From: Eledone cirrhosa
Lineage: Eukaryota
Reading direction: 5' to 3'
Assembly (NCBI GenBank): GCA_964016885.1
Contig: OZ024742.1
Span: 77,066,001 to 77,130,000 of the forward strand
DNA: 64,000 nucleotides
Positions within the stretch are counted from its first letter, which is position 1, and every line of letters starts with the position of its first letter. Positions 58,070 to 64,000 of the stretch are shown one piece after another. The notes beneath the pieces were generated by a model, which was not told where the DNA came from, did not search any database, and saw nothing but the letters and a program-made list of their open reading frames with translations. Both the position numbers and the translations under genes were made by a program.

Positions 58070-60150
58070 AAAACACAATATCGACTCCTCCACCAAGGAA
58101 ATCCCAGTTCCACCGAGAAATCTTTACCTTCGGATGCTCCCGCAAAAAACCGACCTGTTTGCGAAACGACTGAGATGGAGAACATTTTTCTACGATAGAT
58201 AACGCGACAACCAGGACTTCGACACCAAGGAGAGATTCGGATTCAATACCAACAAATCTGCCCCACCGAACCCTATGCTCTCAGCTTTCTAGAACGACTA
58301 CTTCAACCTGGTCAAGGGTATAACATTAAAACACAGACACAACCGAATCCTACAACAACTCCGTAGCAAAATAACTGAGTATTAAAGCACCAACGACATA
58401 CTGGTGCATTCGGACAAAACTGGAAACCTTCTTCCTCAACCCTGACAGATACCACACACTCATCAGGAGCAGCCTGAACTCCACCTACAAAAAGGCTAAC
58501 CATTCAATAATCGAGGACAACAAATTACCTCAAAAATCGGGGTCGCCGCCGCACTGAACCCCCCAAGCCACAGACCCCCTACTTCACCCTGAAGGACCAC
58601 AAATCCGACTTCTACCGCAAACCAGCCATCAGGTTTATAAACCCGACGAAGTCGGACATAGGGAGTATCAGTAAAATGATCCTAGACCGCGTTATACCAA
58701 TAGTTAAGCAAAACGCGAGACTTAGCTTTTGGGTCAGCACGCAGGAGGTCATCTTATGCTTCAGGAATATTGAGGACAAAGAGGACACCAAATTCATCCA
58801 GTTCAAGATAGAGAGTTACTACGCCTCTATTACCTTACCGCTCCTAACGGCCTCTTTGGACTTTGCCAAAACACTCACACTCATCACCAACCAGGAAAGA
58901 AACATCATTCTCCACGCAAAGAAGACAGTCCTCCTTTTCGACAACCCCAAGTGGATAAAGAGAGCGACCGACACCCCCTTCGACGTCAGTATGGGCGTGA
59001 CCGACTCGGCCGAGGTGACCGATCTACTATATAAACTCACCGAAATGTTTCCTGCATTCGGCGGTGGATTGTACTGAGACAATGGGCCCCTTACTCTCAA
59101 AGGGCACAACCCCAGTAATACACATCGGGTCCGTAAAAAACTAATCAACTTCTTCCGGAACTGGGGATTTAAAATCCCCCTACAAACGTCCCTAACCCGA
59201 GTCAATTTCCTGGATGTTACCCTCAACCTGGAAAATGATCTGCACTTCCCATACAGGAAACCAAACGACAACCTGCACTACATCCACCGCGGTTCTAACC
59301 ATCCTAGAAACATCAGCAATAACCTGGTTAAAAACAACTCCCTCTGATATTTCGTTTGGCCGCTAATGAGGAGATATTCGATGAACATGCGCCTCATTAC
59401 AATCAGGCCCGCAAGCGAAGCTGCTTCCGGGAGGAAATCTCCTTTTATCCAGCTTCCCTTAGCGGAACCAACAGGTGAGACCGCCGCTCACGCCACGTAA
59501 CGTGGTTCAACCCTCCCCACAATGCCGAGGTGGCAACACCTATAGGGAAAATCTTCTTTAGGCTCCTCGAAAAACAGTTCGCACCAAAACATAATCAACA
59601 AAACCACTATCAAACTCTCCTACAGCACCACTCCCAACTTCGCACAAAACATTGCCTCCTCAAACAACAAGAATCTCAACCCCTATTGAAGAAACAATAG
59701 TGGAGAGCCGACCAGGAGGTGAAACTGCCCTGAGAGATCTACGTGCCCACTCAACAACAGATGCCGAGAACGTAACGTGATCTACCAATGCAACATGACG
59801 ATGGAAACCTCCAACGAAGCCTTTATAGGAAGATAATCGCTTGTGACTTTAAGTCCCGGCACTACCAACACCGACATACGTTCCAAAACCCGGCCCGGCG
59901 ACATGCCACTACACTTTAGGGCCACATCTGGGAGCTCCAAGATAATAACATAACATACAATCTTACTTGGAGCTTACTGTCCAGGGCTGACTCCTACACG
60001 GGAGGACGCCGTCCGTGTAACTTATGATCGGAGGAAACATTACAAATGCTGTTTACGAAGGACCAACTCCTAAACAAAAAATACGAACTTGTAACCGCAT
60101 GCAAACACCGATTGCGTAGGACTTACCTCGCCCTCAAACCCCCTCGTGAC
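58070..60150 (+). pseudogene. Near full-length PLE lineage B RT + GIY-YIG-type ORF with stops and frameshifts
   Basis: STKEIPVP…KRLRW…FTLKDHK…RFINPTKSDIG…FDVSMGVTDSAEVTDL…FLDVTLNL…SNHP…WFNPP…CPLNNRC..NVIY…LLNKKYELVTACKH. Confidence 0.88.
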
Positions 60151-61639
60151 CCGGGTGGGTAGACAATGGCTGCAACATACTCGTTTTCCACACTTGCCGA
60201 ACAAGATAGGGGAAACCCCAGCTAACATAGGTAGACGTACTTCTTTTCTTTTCCTTTTTATTTTCTTCTTCCCTTTATCTCTTCCTATCACTTCCTACCA
60301 CTCCCTATCCTCTTCGTTTTCATTTTTCCCCATTTCGCCTACCCCGAGGCAGCCCATCGCGCTTTTTTAGCCTCAGTAAATTATATATAGCATTGACCGA
60401 AAACGCTATAGTCTAAATATAGCAGCTGTTTTAGACTCTAGAGATTTGATATTACTTCTTACTATCCAATTTTATATATTTATATTTTCTTTATTTATTC
60501 ATTATCTACTAATCTCAATTTATTAACCTATTCTACAACGTCGTCTCTCTATTTTCTCCAGAATCATTTTTTCGCCTGCTTCCTATCTAGCCTATTTCCA
60601 TACACAATCCTTAGAATTTGCTGTATAGAATTCACTTTCAACGCTTGATCGGCTCCAGCCACTCCCTCATTGTTCAACAAGCAAGTTCAGCCACACTCAC
60701 CTCCCACCCACTGTCATGAAACACTTAATTGTGTTTACAAGAAATGTTGACCAATCCTCTTGGCAACTACATCGGGGTCAAACTTTTTCGTATATATACA
60801 CACACACTAGTGTGTGTGTGGGGGGGGGGAGACAGAGAGTGAGGGAGGTATATGACAACAAACTAGAAGCCAGCACGTATAAATTTGCAGTATGTTATTG
60901 ATGCAATAATGGCTGCGAATCGAAATGCATGTTTATTTTTTGTCCATATAACTTGTTTTCATGTTTTTATTCATGTAGTGTCTTGAATATGTAATTGTTA
61001 TTTGATGAGCTCGTATATGTTACATAATAGGTACCATTGAAATACGTATAACTGTGATTATTTAATCAATAAAATGAGGTCAAATTGAACCTGCTTGCTT
61101 CTACTTCATCGTTATAGCAATAACCCGTAGCACGCAAACTTGCATCCGTCATTATGTATTTCGTTGACAACTCAACGAAATATACATGTGAGTTAACTAA
61201 TGACGGATTAAGTAACAGAAAATTTCCCAATTCTATATATATATATATATATATATGTGTAAACAGAAATAATAATCCAACTGATACATACATACATGGT
61301 GGCTGCCAACTCGTTTTCGAGTACGGCCACTACTTTATATCCATGTAGGAGAACCCCTACCGATGCGCTGAACGAATGTGACTTTTTAGTCCAGCCAGCG
61401 ACTTGAAAACTCTGGTACAAAGACTACACTTGTGACCATTATTGACACATAGTGCAGGGCCCACGGTACCATGTGACGACAAGTGCAGAGAGATCTCCAG
61501 ATATAAAGCAATGCCTGTGCTGTGAAGCTTTTATAGTGAGCAAAGGCACTGCACAAAGCCAGTCCCACTCTCTTAACCAAGATGATATTTACCAAAAAGA
61601 AGAACAAGTCAACATCATTGGATACCATCAGGGTTGCAG

Positions 61640-61906
61640 GTGTTATATCAGAGTTTTCCTTCTCCTAGAATTCTGCCTTGACAAAGGCTAAGGGGTCATC
61701 TCTCCCGGTGATTTTGGATGGCTATTGAGTCTTAAGAGCTCCCTTGCCCTTTGACAGGTTTTGTTTTTAGTCCTGCAGGATGTCCAAAGTCACCCTCCTC
61801 ACCAAGAAACCTTGGTGGGGTTGCCAGTTTAGTCGCCTACGACCCGACCATGAGACAGGTTGTACTGGGATACATGTTACCAGTAGCACCAACTGGTGAC
61901 CTGACA
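61640..61906 (+). mobile_element. SINE/RTE-5'-UTR-like repeat
   Basis: TTTTCCTTCTCCTAG…CTTGGTGGGGTTGCCAGTTTAGTCGCC; shares a block with 1690-1775 (-). Confidence 0.4.
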
Positions 61907-62020
61907 TATGGGAACGGTTCGTTTTCTAGGCGCATCGTTTTCTAGGCGCATCCTACGCCATTTTGAAAATGGCGTAGGATAGAAGAAAGGAAAGGCACAG
62001 AAACGAAGAAAGAAATCCCC

Positions 62021-62065
62021 AGTCACTGAAGAGGTCACAGAGTGTGTGACGAAAGAACTATGACT
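62021..62065 (+). ncRNA. Type I hammerhead motif with a 1-nt insertion after A9
   Basis: AGTCA-CTGAAGA-G-GTCACA GAGTG TGTGAC-GAAA-GAAC-TA-TGACT; perfect 5-bp stem I and 6-bp stem II. Confidence 0.75.
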
Positions 62066-62278
62066 ATATATATATAAACAACTATCTGGTTGTGGAACCA
62101 ACCAACCAACCAGAAATTTATAAATTTGTAAATTTATAAATATTTAATAAATTAAATTGAAGTGAAAGCAACTGGTGCGTGTGTTTCTTATTGGCAGCAT
62201 GACCCTCCCAAAGTGTAACAATATCGGTTTCAACACACGATTTCAGATAAAGAATCTTGCTAAACAAATTCAGAAACG

Positions 62279-62312
<34 letters not shown>

Positions 62313-62469
62313 ATACTATTTATAGTTATGTATATTTTAAACTTGTTATAGTTATGTATAATTTAAACTATAAACAGGGAAGGTCAGTAATTTATTACTA
62401 CCTTATTACCAGTAAGATAAATAACTCAATGTAAGAATATCAGTTATTCTACAGAGCAGTCATATAGAA

Positions 62470-62738
62470 TAAGTGGGTTTGAAATTATTTGAAATGTAAG
62501 ATATCGCCGAATTTTGACTAAATAAATTAAAGAAATGATTTAGCCTGCTAGTGGGGTTAACAACCCTCGGATAAATGGAAAAAGATGTACGTCAATACTC
62601 ATCTTTTTCCATTTCTCCGAGAGTTCTTAACCGCACTATCAGGCTAAATAATTTCTTTAATTTATTTAGTCAAAATACGGCGATAGCTTACCTTTCAAAT
62701 AATTTCAAATCCACTCACTGTTTCGAAAATATTCTCAC
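62470..62738. repeat. Fold-back copy of the tRNA-bearing 270-bp family
   Basis: 62470-62587 mirrors 62600-62720 and ends in (TA)n. Confidence 0.75.
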
Positions 62739-62771
<33 letters not shown>

Positions 62772-62776
<5 letters not shown>

Positions 62777-63062
62777 ATTTACAAGGATCAAAGCTATGTT
62801 CAAAGCATTTATTCACTTACGATTGTTTCATCCAAACCTAGGCCTGGTGTCTTCGGAGCATTTTTCAATGGTTGTACATATAATTGACCTCCTATCCAAC
62901 GCAAGAGACATACAGATACATAAATATATATTGATGTACAGTGGAGTGGCATATATTATACTATACTATATTTGTACAGCAATTCAAATTTAAAACCAAG
63001 CCTAGGTTTGGATTAAACAATTGTAAGTGAATAAATGCTTTGAACATAGCTTTGATCCTTGT

Positions 63063-63070
<8 letters not shown>
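62772..63070. repeat. Element with ~77-bp inverted arms and HHR-like motif (62814-62860, -)
   Basis: 62772-62849 mirrors 62995-63070. Minus strand TGCT-CCGAAGA-…CCAGGCCTAGGTTTGG…-GAAA-CAATCG-TA-AGTG. Confidence 0.65.
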
Positions 63071-63134
<64 letters not shown>

Positions 63135-63142
63135 TATATACG

Positions 63143-63247
<105 letters not shown>

Positions 63248-63260
63248 GTATATATATATG

Positions 63261-63292
<32 letters not shown>

Positions 63293-63294
<2 letters not shown>

Positions 63295-63812
63295 GTGAGA
63301 ATATTTTCGAAACAGCGAGTGGATTTGAAATTATTTGAAATGTAAGCTATCGCCGTATTTTGACTAAATGAATTAAAGAAATTATTTAGCCTGATAGTAG
63401 GGTTAAGAACTCTCGGAGAAATGGAAAAAGATGAGTATTGACGTACATCTTTTTCCATTTATCCGAGGGTTCTTAACCCCACTATCATGCTAAATCATTT
63501 CTTTAATTTATTTAGTCAAAATACGGCGATAGCTTACATTTCAAATAATTTCAAACCCACTCGCTGTTTCGAAAATATTCTTATTTGACATCATAATCGC
63601 TACGTTTATAGCTTCCAATTTGAATGGAAAAAGACGGGTGATGTGTTGGTGTAAATGGTAACACAGTGGTCCGGTTAACCAAAGATGTGGGTTCGACTCC
63701 CACGTACGTCGATACTCATCTTTTTCCATTTCTCCGAGGGTTCTTAACCCCACTTTCAGGCTAAATAATTTCTTTAATTTATTTAGTCAAAATACTGCGA
63801 TAGCTTACATTT
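63293..63812 (+). mobile_element. tRNA-bearing ~270-bp repeat: 5' inversion (63293-63445) + 1.35 tandem units, in (TA)n
   Basis: CATCTTTTTCCATT recurs at 63446 and 63717. The left part is the reverse complement of the unit. Confidence 0.8.
63640..63711 (+). tRNA. tRNA-like cloverleaf (pseudo-tRNA/SINE head; atypical anticodon loop)
   Basis: Acceptor GATGTGT/GTACGTC, D-arm GTGT/ACAC, anticodon arm TGGT/ACCA with loop CCGGTTA, T-arm GTGGG-TTCGACT-CCCAC. A- and B-boxes are present. Confidence 0.65.
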
Positions 63813-63813
63813 G

Positions 63814-63844
<31 letters not shown>

Positions 63845-64000
63845 TACACGGGTGTGTATGAGTGTGTATAGAAGATTATATTAATAAAAGGAATTCCAAC
63901 TTTGTCTGAATTACTCGTTTGATTTACTGTGACAGTTGAAAATTACAAACTTGACTGTCAACACAGAATATGAACCTGAAGTTTGCGAAAGCATGAAAAT

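Noticed and set aside
63640-63711. Functional tRNA gene
   Set aside because: The anticodon loop lacks U33 and a purine at 37, the acceptor stem has three G-U pairs, and it is embedded in a repeat. Treated as tRNA-derived.

Overview
AT-rich eukaryotic, repeat-dense, intergenic or intronic DNA with no confidently identifiable intact host gene. It is probably cephalopod (Octopus-like); this is inferred from a recurrent tRNA-derived SINE and the dense (TA)n/(CA)n arrays. The window holds: (i) six decayed Penelope-like retroelements (PLEs; RT + C-terminal GIY-YIG-type endonuclease) from two lineages, most with inverted or partial-tandem pseudo-LTR architecture; (ii) a ~5 kb decayed L1/Tx1-type LINE and fragments of R4/Dong, Vingi/Ingi-like, RTE and CRE-like LINEs; (iii) tRNA-derived SINEs, a non-autonomous Helitron and MITE-like hairpins. 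The most striking signal, read by eye, is roughly 20 type I hammerhead-ribozyme (HHR) motifs or half-motifs from about a dozen apparently unrelated short repeat families. These families sit in (TA)n arrays, form partial tandems of ~270-540 bp units and carry 5' inversions that create hairpins (retrozyme / PLE pseudo-LTR-like). Several have recurrent non-canonical cores (U3-A8, U4A, U10.1-U11.1, very long stem II). One family with the same architecture carries a tRNA-like cloverleaf instead of an HHR. Coordinates are hand-read and approximate. Ribozyme activity and family assignments are untested.
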